Part shown: in pieces, positions 20,126 to 30,197 of the stretch | How positions within the stretch are numbered: position 1 is the first letter of the stretch | Layout of the letters: the number at the start of each line of letters is the position of its first letter | Assembly (NCBI GenBank): GCA_035559535.1 | Contig: DATMBG010000022.1 | Coordinates: 124,001-188,000, forward strand | DNA from: Candidatus Limnocylindrales bacterium | GTDB lineage: Bacteria > Moduliflexota > Moduliflexia > Moduliflexales > JAUQPW01 | Reading direction: 5' to 3' | Length of the DNA stretch: 64,000 bases | The notes under the pieces: model-generated | What the model saw: the letters and a program-made list of their open reading frames with translations, nothing else | What the model was told of the DNA's origin: nothing | Databases searched by the model: none | Translations under genes and position numbers: made by a program

Positions 20126-21670
20126 ATGCTTTGCTCCTCTTTCCTTACGACTATGTGGATATTTTTATTACTTACTTTGTTGTTATCTCCCTTTTCTGCT
20201 ATGGGAGCGGATTCAAAATCGATTCCTATGGGTTACGAGGAAGCCCGACATTTGCTCAATCGAACTTCCTTCGCCGCCGATGAGGGTCAGGTTCAAGAAT
20301 TTGCTGGATTGACCCGGGAACAGGCTGTAGACAGGCTGTTGAGTTCTATTCAAACCCAGGCTCAAACGCCACCTCCGGAATGGGTCAATGAAGTCATATC
20401 TCTCCGAAAAATTCGAAGTATGAGTGAAGAAGAGCGAGAAAATTTCCGCAAGCGATATCGTGAATACGGAATTGAACTGCGGGCGTGGTGGTATCAGGAA
20501 ATGTTGTCAACCCCTTCACCCTTCACCGAAAAGATGACGTTGTTCTGGCATAACCACTTTACCTCCAGCCTGCAAAAAGTTAAAGCACCCCAGTTCATGT
20601 ATCATCAAAATGTACTCCTGCGGCAATATGCCTTAGGGAACTTTGGCGAGATGCTCCACGCGGTTTCTAAAGATCCTGCCATGATCGTCTATCTGGACAA
20701 TGTCTCCAATCGTAAAGGTCAACCCAATGAAAACTTTGCCCGAGAAGTTATGGAACTGTTTACCCTGGGAGAAGGTCACTACACCGAACAAGACGTCAAA
20801 GAAGCCGCGCGGGCTTTTTCCGGCTGGAGTCTGGACCGTGAAACCGGACAGTTCCGTTTTTATCCCCATCTGCACGATGAAGGGTTAAAAACTATTCTCG
20901 GTCAGACGGGTAATTTCGATGGAGACGCCGTGTTGGATATTCTTTTGTCTAAACCTCAAACCGCGGAGTTTATTACCACTAAACTCTGGCGTGAGTTTAT
21001 TTCCCCGACCCCTAACCCTAGGGAAGTTAAACGCATGGCCGCGTTATTCCGGGACAGTCATTACGACATCAAGACTTTAATGCGAGCCTTATTAACCTCT
21101 GAGGATTTCTATGCTAAAGAGAATCGGGGGGTTTTGATCAAGTCGCCCGTGGAGTTTATTGTGGGGACACTCCGTCAATTTAATATTCAACCTCCGGATA
21201 TGCGGCCACTTGCGTTTGCTGCCCGTCAACTGGGACAGGATATTTTTATGCCACCCAATGTAAAAGGATGGCCGGGGGGCGAAAGCTGGATCAACAGCAA
21301 CACCCTGTTGATCCGTAAACAATTACTGGAACATTTATTCCGGGCCAGGGAAATGCCGGATGGATCCGGTCCTATCCTTGAAAGATCGGCCATGGGAAGT
21401 TCTCAGGCCCTTCAATCTGATCTGGATTCAAAACCGAATTCCCCCTCTGACCGGGAGCCGAGGAAGATGACACGACTCCAACGGGCTCTAAACTTTCAGT
21501 TTGATAGTGACACCTGGTGTGCTCAATTCAAAGGGAACCTCATAGAAAAACAGAATCAGATGACCAGACTCCTCCTGGCGATAGAACCCTTACAAAAACC
21601 CCAACCCACAACCGATTGTATTGAATTTATCCGTCAATTGGTTTTAGATCCGGTTTATCAACTCAAGTAA
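20126..21670 (+). CDS. DUF1800 family protein
   Basis: EKMTLFWHNHF, DPAMIVYLDN, PNENFAREVMELFTLG, PPNVKGWPGG. Paired with DUF1501. Start may be 20153. Confidence 0.92.
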   Translation: MLCSSFLTTMWIFLLLTLLLSPFSAMGADSKSIPMGYEEARHLLNRTSFAADEGQVQEFAGLTREQAVDRLLSSIQTQAQTPPPEWVNEVISLRKIRSMSEEERENFRKRYREYGIELRAWWYQEMLSTPSPFTEKMTLFWHNHFTSSLQKVKAPQFMYHQNVLLRQYALGNFGEMLHAVSKDPAMIVYLDNVSNRKGQPNENFAREVMELFTLGEGHYTEQDVKEAARAFSGWSLDRETGQFRFYPHLHDEGLKTILGQTGNFDGDAVLDILLSKPQTAEFITTKLWREFISPTPNPREVKRMAALFRDSHYDIKTLMRALLTSEDFYAKENRGVLIKSPVEFIVGTLRQFNIQPPDMRPLAFAARQLGQDIFMPPNVKGWPGGESWINSNTLLIRKQLLEHLFRAREMPDGSGPILERSAMGSSQALQSDLDSKPNSPSDREPRKMTRLQRALNFQFDSDTWCAQFKGNLIEKQNQMTRLLLAIEPLQKPQPTTDCIEFIRQLVLDPVYQLK

Positions 21671-21753
21671 TCCGGAAAAAGAGGGAGTAGAAGAAAGAAA
21701 CCGGGTTGATCTTAATCCCAGGTTTTTGACTCCTGACTCCTGAAACCCAAGGT

Positions 21754-22914
21754 ATGAATCGCCGTGATTTTCTTAAAGTTTTAAGCCTGACTCCCTTCAT
21801 TTCTTATATTCCTGACTTATCCTTTGCCGCCACATCCCAGACCAACTGGAATAATTTATTCATTTTATTGGAACTGAAGGGAGGAAATGATGGGTTAAAT
21901 ACGGTTATCCCCTATACCGATCCGACCTATTATGACCTGCGGCCTCGGCTCGGAATCACCCGGGATAAGGTCCTACAACTGGATGAGAAAGTAGGTTTCC
22001 ATCCGGCCCTGGAAGCTTTAATGCCGGTGTGGAAAAATGGCGAGTTAGCCGTAATTCAGAGTGTGGGTTATCCAGAACCGAATCTTTCTCATTTTCGTTC
22101 TATTGAGATCTGGGAAACAGCTTCCAATAGCAATCAATACTTATCAGAAGGTTGGTTATCACGGGTTTTTACTGCCTATCCTCCCCCCAAAACTTTTGCT
22201 GCCGACGCCATCGTGGTGGGAAGTTCTGATCTGGGACCTCTGGGTGGGGGTACCGCCCGAGTGGTTGTACTTTCCAATATCCAAAGATTCCTGGCCCAGG
22301 CTAAACAAAATGGTATCCCCAACGGCAGGCCTGCCAATCCGGCATTGGCACATATTCTCAAGGTCGAGGAAGATATTCGTCAGGCGGCTGAGGGTTTGAA
22401 AACCTCCGACGTGCTTAAAACTGAGTTCCCGGACTCTCCTTTTGGAAATGCTTTAAAAACCGCATCTCGAATTATTGCAGGTAATTCAGGTGTCGCCGTT
22501 ATCAAGGTTTCTTTAGATGGATTCGATACCCACAGCAATCAATCCAACCGGCAAGAACGTTTACTCCGTGAGATGGCTGAAGGCCTAAGCGCTTTCAGGG
22601 AAGCATTGATGGAAATCAACCGTTGGAATTCGACCCTCATCATGAGTTACTCGGAATTTGGCCGCAGACCCAGGGAAAACTTAAGTACCGGCACAGATCA
22701 TGGTACGGCCAATGTTCATTTCATGTTGGGTGGACGTGTGAAAGGAGGTCTATACGGTCAGATCCCTCAGCTTAAATCACTGGAGGGGGACAATCTCCGC
22801 TTTGCCCTAGATTTCCGTAGTCTGTATGCAACTGTTATAGAAAAGTGGTGGGGCCTCAACGCAAGCCCCGTACTAGGCAGGAAATTTGAGGTGTTGGATA
22901 TATTAAAAGTTTAA
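21754..22914 (+). CDS. DUF1501 family protein with Tat signal
   Basis: MNRRDFLK twin-arginine motif, LKGGNDGLNTVIPY, SHFRS, GFDTH, SEFGR, GTDHG. Confidence 0.92.
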   Translation: MNRRDFLKVLSLTPFISYIPDLSFAATSQTNWNNLFILLELKGGNDGLNTVIPYTDPTYYDLRPRLGITRDKVLQLDEKVGFHPALEALMPVWKNGELAVIQSVGYPEPNLSHFRSIEIWETASNSNQYLSEGWLSRVFTAYPPPKTFAADAIVVGSSDLGPLGGGTARVVVLSNIQRFLAQAKQNGIPNGRPANPALAHILKVEEDIRQAAEGLKTSDVLKTEFPDSPFGNALKTASRIIAGNSGVAVIKVSLDGFDTHSNQSNRQERLLREMAEGLSAFREALMEINRWNSTLIMSYSEFGRRPRENLSTGTDHGTANVHFMLGGRVKGGLYGQIPQLKSLEGDNLRFALDFRSLYATVIEKWWGLNASPVLGRKFEVLDILKV

Positions 22915-22974
22915 ACTTCATCAGCCTTTAGTATTTTTTATAAGTTGTTGATTTTGTTTATCTCGAAGAATATA

Positions 22975-23042
22975 GAAGTAAGGGAGTATCGGAGTAAATA
23001 CTCCCACACTTCCATACCCCCATACTTCCACACTCCCACACC
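22975..23042. repeat. Octamer-repeat inverted array between convergent genes
   Basis: gaagtaagggagtatcggagta followed by atactcccacacttccatacccccatacttccacactcccac. Confidence 0.7.
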
Positions 23043-23102
23043 AGTAAAGGCAAGACTTGTCTTGCCCCTTCAAGGTAGGATAAAACGCCATTTGCCTTAC
23101 TT

Positions 23103-24191
23103 TTAACGCTTAGAATAAAAATGGAGGGTAATATGGGGAAAAGACCAGAGGGCAATATAATCCACATCAAATAACACATTCAGGGATTGGAAAGGGTGTA
23201 GATGGGATAATCCATAAAGGGCCAGAAAAAACAGATTAGCTAAGAGGAGTAGACCCAGAAAATGGGACGGGGAATGTTTGAACTTCCAGAAAGGGTCTCC
23301 CTGGTAATTGGCCGGAGGTCGGATACCAGTTAGGGGATTCGAGCCCTGGGACCTCAGCTCCGAAACCTGGGATTGGGAGTAAAGAACCCTTTCGATACCA
23401 AACAGATACCAGGTTATATAATGATAAAAAATCACAATTTTATTAAAACGGCCGGCAGATACACTGCTTACGATAAATTGATGGTAAAGAAGGACCAGCC
23501 CAATGATTCCTAAAGTATAAGCGGTACTTCGTAGAAAGGGATGCTCTTCTCCCTGGTGGGTTCGATAAAAGGAACTGATTCCCCAAATCAAAGCCACTCC
23601 CAGCAAAGCATAAAATCCCCAGGAGGACAGGCCCCGGTAAAAAGCAGCCAGATCATACTCTGAAGGCGGGACCAGGCCGTTGGTATAATTGGTATACAAC
23701 AGGGCAATAAAAACCAGAATCATAAAAATCCCATGAGCCTGAACTTTTTTATCCAATTTAGTATGCCTGAAATCAGAACTTCGCTGGACATAGAAAACAT
23801 GTTCATCGCGAATCATGTGGATAATAAAATAAACCATGAAAGGGAAGCCCCGGTACTGAATAGGAACCCAACCATAATAGATAACAGGAAAAATAAGGAT
23901 CAAAGGGAAGAAAGTTAAGAAGAAAAAAAGCTTTTTCTTGCGGGTTGTCAGCGTTCTCCTTAAGACATTGTAGTGAAACAAGTAAGAAACACCAAAATGA
24001 ACTTGACTGGTAATCATAAAGAAGACTTCCAGGCTATCAAACCCAAAAAACTTGGCTGTAAGCGACAGGGAAACAAACGTGATCCCCAGACTCAGGAGGA
24101 CATTATCTACAAAGTATTTCTGGGGGTTCCAGGAAAAGGTTTTCTCCTTGAGGATGGGAGAAATCGAGGTTTTTAAAGTCATTTGTTCCAT
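23103..24191 (-). CDS. Polytopic membrane protein with four His-containing motifs (possible metalloenzyme)
   Basis: Many hydrophobic segments. QVHFGVSY, IHMIRDEH, FYHYITWY, FPHITLH. Last gene of the cluster. Confidence 0.7.
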   Translation of the reverse strand: MEQMTLKTSISPILKEKTFSWNPQKYFVDNVLLSLGITFVSLSLTAKFFGFDSLEVFFMITSQVHFGVSYLFHYNVLRRTLTTRKKKLFFFLTFFPLILIFPVIYYGWVPIQYRGFPFMVYFIIHMIRDEHVFYVQRSSDFRHTKLDKKVQAHGIFMILVFIALLYTNYTNGLVPPSEYDLAAFYRGLSSWGFYALLGVALIWGISSFYRTHQGEEHPFLRSTAYTLGIIGLVLLYHQFIVSSVSAGRFNKIVIFYHYITWYLFGIERVLYSQSQVSELRSQGSNPLTGIRPPANYQGDPFWKFKHSPSHFLGLLLLANLFFLALYGLSHLHPFQSLNVLFDVDYIALWSFPHITLHFYSKR

Positions 24192-24259
24192 ACGCTTAGT
24201 CGGTTAAGAGCTTTTGATAAAAGCCCCCATCGCCCGATTGAAATTTATCAAAAGTTCTT

Positions 24260-25768
24260 TTAACCGATTTCCCTTAACTCTCTTTTTTTAATCTTACCTG
24301 TTTCCGTTCTGGGGAGTTTATCACAGATAATAATATATTTGGGTCTTTTGATCGGACTTAAGCGGCCGACACAGAATCTCAGGATTTGATCAGAATCTAA
24401 ATAGAAACCTTCTTTAGGAACTATATAAGCCTGAATGGCTTCTCCTAACCACTCATCCGGTACCCCGACTACGGCACAATCTGCAACCCCCTCATGACCG
24501 ATCAAAACAGCCTCAATCTCAGAGGGGTGGATATTTTCGCTGCCACTCTTAATCAGGTCTTTCTGACGTCCTGCCAGGTATAAATACCCTTCTTCATCCA
24601 TCCATCCCAGATCTCCGGTATGAATTCCATCTTCTTTAAAAACCTGCCGGGTTGCTTCTTCATTTTTATAATACCCTATGGCACTATGATCACACCGAAT
24701 AACAATCTCCTTTTCGGACCCTTCCTCTCCCTTTGCAAGGTGAACCTGCACCTCCGGAATAATGCGCCCACAAGATCCCGCTTTTTCTTGAAGTTTTTCC
24801 GGAGGTAAAACTGTGACCAAACCCACTTCGGTCAGGCCATAGGTCAGATAAATATCTACCCGGGGAAAAGCCTCACGAAGGTTCCGGATCAGTTGGGGCG
24901 TAACCTGGCCTGCTCCGATTCGGAAGTATCTTAAAGAAGTTAAGGTATAGCGCCGAATATCGCCCCGGGATAATAAGGTGTGGTAAACTGTTGGTACCGC
25001 CGAGAGTCCCGTAACTTGCTCTGCTTCCATGGAGGCCAGAACCGAGTTCGGGGAAAGAAAATTCCGCTCCAGAATTACGGTTGCCCCAACCATGAGATGG
25101 GCCAGAAGAAAAATTTTATTCATCCCGAAAAACAAAGGAAGCACAAGGGAAGTTCGATCTCTGGCCGAGATTTGGAAGTATTTAATATTCAGCTCCGCAT
25201 TCCGGATAAGATTCTTGTGGGGAAGAAGTACACCTTTAGGAATTCCTGTAGTTCCGGAAGTGTAATTGATACAGGCAATAGAAGGCGAATCCCCTCCTCT
25301 ACTTCGATTCTCCAGTTCTTCCCTTCTTCCCTTCTCCCCTTCTCTGATTTTCCCTTTCTCCCCCTCATCGGTTAACAAAATGGTAAGAGATTCAAACTGA
25401 CTTGAAATCTGCTCCCATAAATTCCTTTGAATCTTCTCGGTAATAAGCATTTTAATCTCGCATTGCCGGACAATACGGATGATTTCCTCGGGTTTAAAGG
25501 ACGGATTTATGTCTACAACGATCCCTCCCACCTTCCAGATGGCAAAAAGGGCCAGAACCAGCTCCGGGGAGTTCCAGCAACAAATTCCGATTCTTTCCCC
25601 CGGCGTTACTCCTCTTCGAATAAGATCATGAGCCAGCCGATTTGTTTGTTCTTCAAGTTCTCGATAGGTGTAACGTATTCCTTGTGAAACCAGTGCTGTT
25701 GCTTCTGGAAACCGATTTGCGCTCTGACTCAGTAAGTCTGCTAAGGTTTTTATAGACATAGAGTTCAT
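24260..25768 (-). CDS. AMP-dependent ligase (ANL superfamily)
   Basis: YTSGTTGIPKG, TYGLTE, HTGDLG, GRQKDLIKSG, LPRTETGKI. Confidence 0.93.
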   Translation of the reverse strand: MNSMSIKTLADLLSQSANRFPEATALVSQGIRYTYRELEEQTNRLAHDLIRRGVTPGERIGICCWNSPELVLALFAIWKVGGIVVDINPSFKPEEIIRIVRQCEIKMLITEKIQRNLWEQISSQFESLTILLTDEGEKGKIREGEKGRREELENRSRGGDSPSIACINYTSGTTGIPKGVLLPHKNLIRNAELNIKYFQISARDRTSLVLPLFFGMNKIFLLAHLMVGATVILERNFLSPNSVLASMEAEQVTGLSAVPTVYHTLLSRGDIRRYTLTSLRYFRIGAGQVTPQLIRNLREAFPRVDIYLTYGLTEVGLVTVLPPEKLQEKAGSCGRIIPEVQVHLAKGEEGSEKEIVIRCDHSAIGYYKNEEATRQVFKEDGIHTGDLGWMDEEGYLYLAGRQKDLIKSGSENIHPSEIEAVLIGHEGVADCAVVGVPDEWLGEAIQAYIVPKEGFYLDSDQILRFCVGRLSPIKRPKYIIICDKLPRTETGKIKKRELREIG

Positions 25769-25826
25769 AACAGACTATCTCTCTCAACCCGGTGGGGAAG
25801 GAGAATAAGGTAAAGAAATTCTGATC

Positions 25827-27680
25827 TTACCCATTAAAAACTTTGTGCCACCGTTCCAGAAAATAAAGACGGATCAAAGCATAATGTTTCTGGGTAAAAA
25901 GACCCGATGAACCTTCCTGGAAAGATGCCAGGAAAGCGTCTAACTTTTCTCTATTGAAATAAGCCTCGATGGCGAGGTGGGGTTGTTTCAAAGAAGTCAG
26001 CATGGCGTTTATTAATTCCTGGACCTCGAAGGGAGGAGGCATGGGACTTTTCTTGCGCATAAGAATGGTTTCCGGAAAATCCGGGAGATATTTCCGAATC
26101 ATGCGTTTTAAAAAATGTTTTTCATCGGATTTTTGAGTTTTGATCTCACCGGGAAGATTTAGTATCCACTCTACCAACCGATGGTCCAGAAAGGGAACGC
26201 GAACTTCTACCGAGGAGGCCATACTATGACGGTCTTCAATCTCCAGCATTTCGTGAAGATGCAATTTAACGAATAAATAACTTAGTTTGTTAAAGAAATC
26301 CGATGTTTTAGCCCTGGCCAGGTACTCTTCAAACCGGTCCTGATGGACTTCCCAGTAGAAGGTTTCCCATCGAAATTCATCTGTAACCAGGGTCTCTAAG
26401 AAGTCCACAGCACTGATGGGATAATCCGGTTTTCTGGGATCTGTACGCCAGATCCAGGGAAAGAACGTGGTATTCTGACGATCCTTCCGTTGTAACCAGT
26501 AGTAATAACCCCCAAAAAGTTCGTCGGCCCCCTGTCCGGATAAAAGAACCCGAACCTTTTGAGAAGCTTCCTGATTTAACAGAAAGTGACCATATTCCGA
26601 GAGGGTAACCAGAGGTTTTTCCCGATGCCAGATCATTCGATCAATGGCTTCACAAAGTGAGTCTGTAGGGAGAATGTAGAGATGATGATCCGTCTTAAGC
26701 TTTTGGGCGAAAAGCGATGCATAATACGTATCATCCCCCCGGACTTCCCCTACGATACGATGAGGGTTCTGTTTAAAAACTTCGGTATTTCGGGTATATC
26801 CAATGTTAAAGGTCTTTAAAAAAGGATGATACTTCAGGGCGAGTGCCGTTACAAGGCTTGAATCCAGACCTCCACTTAAACAGGCACCCAATGGGACATG
26901 GGAAAATAACTCCTGGTGGACAGACTCATCCAAAAAATTGTAGAGGTTCTCCAGGTCATCCTCGTCCTGATTTCGGGTTCTCGACGTCCAATATCCCATT
27001 TCTGAAAAAGGCACATCCCAGTACTCTCGAATTTTTAAACCCTTTCTGGAAACTTCCAGAAAATGGCCCGGACTCAAGGCCTGAATACCCCGAAATAGGG
27101 TGTTAGGAACCAAAGGAAACCCGCAGAACAGATACTCTGCTATGGCTTCGGGGTTTACTTCTACCGGGTGATCGGATTGGGCTAAGATAGCCTTGATTTC
27201 TGAGGCAAAGACAAATTTACCGGATTTCATCCCATAGAACAAAGGCTTTATTCCCAGACGATCCCGTGCCAGAAAAAGTTTCTCCTGCTTCTCATCCCAT
27301 ATGGCAAAGGCAAACATTCCATTTAAAAGATGGAGGCAATCGATTCCATAGACTTCATACGCCCGAAGAATAACTTCCGTATCGCTTCCGGTTACAAAAC
27401 AATATCCACGTTTTTCTAAATTTTCTCGGATCTCTCGATGATTGTAAATTTCTCCATTAAATACAATCCACAGGGACTGTTCCCGGTTCGATAGAGGCTG
27501 AGCCCCTGATTCTAAATCGATAATGGAAAGTCGCTGACTGCCCAGTCCTATAAACTCTCGAAAGTAAATTCCATTCTGATCCGGTCCTCGATGAGCCAGG
27601 GCACGATTCATAGCTCGAAGGGTCTCAGGATCGACCTTTTCTGAGTGATCGGTGATAAAAATTCCAGAAATTCCACACAT
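25827..27680 (-). CDS. asnB: Asparagine synthase-like glutamine amidotransferase
   Basis: MCGI N-terminal nucleophile, HRGPD, RLSIID, FNGEIYN, SGGLDSS, SGQGADELFGGY, RVPFLD. Confidence 0.93.
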   Translation of the reverse strand: MCGISGIFITDHSEKVDPETLRAMNRALAHRGPDQNGIYFREFIGLGSQRLSIIDLESGAQPLSNREQSLWIVFNGEIYNHREIRENLEKRGYCFVTGSDTEVILRAYEVYGIDCLHLLNGMFAFAIWDEKQEKLFLARDRLGIKPLFYGMKSGKFVFASEIKAILAQSDHPVEVNPEAIAEYLFCGFPLVPNTLFRGIQALSPGHFLEVSRKGLKIREYWDVPFSEMGYWTSRTRNQDEDDLENLYNFLDESVHQELFSHVPLGACLSGGLDSSLVTALALKYHPFLKTFNIGYTRNTEVFKQNPHRIVGEVRGDDTYYASLFAQKLKTDHHLYILPTDSLCEAIDRMIWHREKPLVTLSEYGHFLLNQEASQKVRVLLSGQGADELFGGYYYWLQRKDRQNTTFFPWIWRTDPRKPDYPISAVDFLETLVTDEFRWETFYWEVHQDRFEEYLARAKTSDFFNKLSYLFVKLHLHEMLEIEDRHSMASSVEVRVPFLDHRLVEWILNLPGEIKTQKSDEKHFLKRMIRKYLPDFPETILMRKKSPMPPPFEVQELINAMLTSLKQPHLAIEAYFNREKLDAFLASFQEGSSGLFTQKHYALIRLYFLERWHKVFNG

Positions 27681-27725
27681 AACTGAAAGTCTAAAGTTTA
27701 AAATTCGAAGCCTTTTAGACTTTCC

Positions 27726-28214
27726 TCAATTTGAGGCTTCAAACTTTGGACTTTGGACTGAATAGGCGACGCAGGTGTTTCGAACCGAAAGTTGATGTTG
27801 CTCCAGGAAAGCTATTTTCTCTTCAGGGGGATACGGCTGTTGGGGATTACCCATCTCCATACACTTTTTGGCTAAAAGTCCTTGAATCGAGATATGACAG
27901 GCATCCAATATAAGGTTGGTGAGATGAGTACATCCTTCCTTTCCACCGATTTGCCGCTCCAGAAGAAAGGTCAGACCTGGCCTGATCTGGAGTCCCACGC
28001 ATTTAGATATCTGAGTCAAAGCTGCGGGACAGATAGGATAGGGAGTTTGATTTATCCGGGGTTTAATCGAAACGATCACCAGATCCGGATACTGGAAGAT
28101 CACTTCAACCCCCATATCATGGAAAGAATCTTTCATACTTACCGTTACAACCAACCGGTTTTCTAGGTCATCCCAGAGAACTTTATAATCTTTTTTTCGA
28201 TGAAAAAGCTCCAT
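27726..28214 (-). CDS. DUF2889-like protein (Cys/His-rich)
   Basis: FHDM, PYPICP, GCTHL and NTC motifs. Confidence 0.7.
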   Translation of the reverse strand: MELFHRKKDYKVLWDDLENRLVVTVSMKDSFHDMGVEVIFQYPDLVIVSIKPRINQTPYPICPAALTQISKCVGLQIRPGLTFLLERQIGGKEGCTHLTNLILDACHISIQGLLAKKCMEMGNPQQPYPPEEKIAFLEQHQLSVRNTCVAYSVQSPKFEASN

Positions 28215-28232
28215 ATTCTCCCATTCTCCCGT

Positions 28233-29825
28233 TCACTTCAATAAAGACCTTTGGGTTTTACCCAACACGGTCTTGGGAAGGGAATCTGAGAATTCAATCA
28301 CTTTAGGTACTTTAAAAGATTCCAGGTAACGGGCGCAGTACCCCATCAGTTCATGGGGATCGGGTGTAAATTTGGGGTCACAAACGACCCAGGCTTTTAC
28401 CACTTCCCCTAAGATTCCGGCTGGATCTGGGATGCCTGTCACCGCAGCTTCTCTAACCGCCGGATGCTTACGCAAGACGGCCTCTATTTCCTCTGGACTG
28501 ATCTTCTCTCCCCCACTGTTAATCAATTCATCGGTACGACCCAGTAAGAAGAGATAGTTTTCTGAGTCTAAGTAGCCATAATCCGGGGTCAACAGAGTTC
28601 CATCGGACCACAAGCATTGTTGCGTAAGATCTGGTCGATTCCAATAACCTTTCATAATCATGGAACTTTTAACCGCCACACGACCCGGTTTGTTAACTCC
28701 TAGGGGTTGACCCTGCTCATCTAAAATCGAAAGTGTTACCCCTGGATAAGGCTGTCCTACGGAACCCGCCTTCCGATCCGGTTCTGTAACTTCCCGGAAA
28801 CACACCCGACTGACCTCTGTAAGACCATAGGTTACAAATAACCGCGTGGTCGGTAAGGCTGTTTTGAGTTGGGTGAGGAGAGAAGGAGGAGCCGGTGAAG
28901 TACCCAGGGTAATATAGCGCAGATGCCTTTGGCATCTTTTCAACAGGGATTCATAGCGATCCATAAAAAGCGTTAATCCACCTGGAACTCCGGAGAATCC
29001 CGTGACCTGTTCCCCATGAAATTGCTTTAAAACCTGGGCCGGGTAGGTCAAATTCTTTGCCAGAATTAAAGTTCCCCCTGCTCGCAAACAACCGTCTATC
29101 TCCCGGAGTCCGTATAGATGGAAAAGAGGGACCAGAATCCCCATTCGATCCCGAGAAGTTAATTTCAGAAACTCTTTTCCGGTTTCCGCAATAACCTCTA
29201 AATTTCCGTGGGTCAGCATAACCCCCTTCGGTTGTCCGGTTGTTCCACTGGTATAAATAATAGCGGCCAGATCGTCTTCGATGTCCTTCTCCCGCCCTTC
29301 TATATTCCTTTGCATGCCGGAGGAATTGAGGGCATAGGCGCCAGGATAAAGCTTGGCTGAAGGCGTAACCGGAGGATGAGGATGCGAGACCCCAAAGGGG
29401 CGGGAATATGAAGAGAGAAAGAAAATTTCCACCTCACCTTCTCCCAGAGTTATGGGATCCCCAAAACCCAAAGAAATCAGATCTCCGGCATAGGAATGGA
29501 TTCGCTTTTCCAGGAACAACGCTTTGGGTGAGCAATCTTCAAGGGTATGGGTTAAGGCCTCTAAGGTCGTGGAGGGATTTAAAGGAACGACCACTCCCCC
29601 AACTTGAAGGATAGCAAGATAAGCGATCACAAAGTCTGGAGAATTATCCAGGAGCAGACAAATGCGATCTCCTGGAGCTATTCCGTTCTGTTGTAAAATA
29701 CCGGCAAGTCGATCCACCAAAGTATCTAACTGCGCATAGGTAAGACGATACTCTTCCTGGACTACTGCCTCTTTTCCTGGAGAAAGAGCCCTGTATTGTT
29801 TTAAAAACTCGTGTAATCTGGCCAT
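28233..29825 (-). CDS. AMP-dependent ligase (ANL superfamily)
   Basis: YTSGTTGQPKG, TYGLTE, GRTDELINSGGEK, LPKTVLGK. Immediately follows an ACP. Confidence 0.93.
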   Translation of the reverse strand: MARLHEFLKQYRALSPGKEAVVQEEYRLTYAQLDTLVDRLAGILQQNGIAPGDRICLLLDNSPDFVIAYLAILQVGGVVVPLNPSTTLEALTHTLEDCSPKALFLEKRIHSYAGDLISLGFGDPITLGEGEVEIFFLSSYSRPFGVSHPHPPVTPSAKLYPGAYALNSSGMQRNIEGREKDIEDDLAAIIYTSGTTGQPKGVMLTHGNLEVIAETGKEFLKLTSRDRMGILVPLFHLYGLREIDGCLRAGGTLILAKNLTYPAQVLKQFHGEQVTGFSGVPGGLTLFMDRYESLLKRCQRHLRYITLGTSPAPPSLLTQLKTALPTTRLFVTYGLTEVSRVCFREVTEPDRKAGSVGQPYPGVTLSILDEQGQPLGVNKPGRVAVKSSMIMKGYWNRPDLTQQCLWSDGTLLTPDYGYLDSENYLFLLGRTDELINSGGEKISPEEIEAVLRKHPAVREAAVTGIPDPAGILGEVVKAWVVCDPKFTPDPHELMGYCARYLESFKVPKVIEFSDSLPKTVLGKTQRSLLK

Positions 29826-29827
29826 GT

Positions 29828-30121
29828 TTATTGAATCCCAAACTTTTCTCCAAGGTACTTCATTACGGCTTCTAAAGAGCCAAAGTTTTCGGGCATGATA
29901 TCTTCCCCTGGAATTTTGATCTTGCAGAGTTTTTCAATAAACACAACAAAATCCAGAAGAGAAAGGGAATCAAAGATCCCTTGATCGATAAAAGAATCTG
30001 TACTTTGAAGGGTAGTAATCCCCTTCCCCTGTAAAGCCGGCAAACTCAGAATATAATTTTCGAGCGCCTGTGTTACGTTTGTGGGTTGTCTGTTGACGAT
30101 CTTCGGTTGTTCCCGGTCCAA
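29828..30121 (-). CDS. Acyl/aminoacyl carrier protein
   Basis: GIFDSLSLLDFV (Ppant Ser) and IMPENFGSL, a DltC-like pattern. Confidence 0.85.
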   Translation of the reverse strand: MDREQPKIVNRQPTNVTQALENYILSLPALQGKGITTLQSTDSFIDQGIFDSLSLLDFVVFIEKLCKIKIPGEDIMPENFGSLEAVMKYLGEKFGIQ

Positions 30122-30197
30122 TTTTTATCGTCCGTTATCTGTTATCTGCCGTTTTCGGCTATAGAAGAAAAACAACCGACAACAGGTAACGGGTCCA

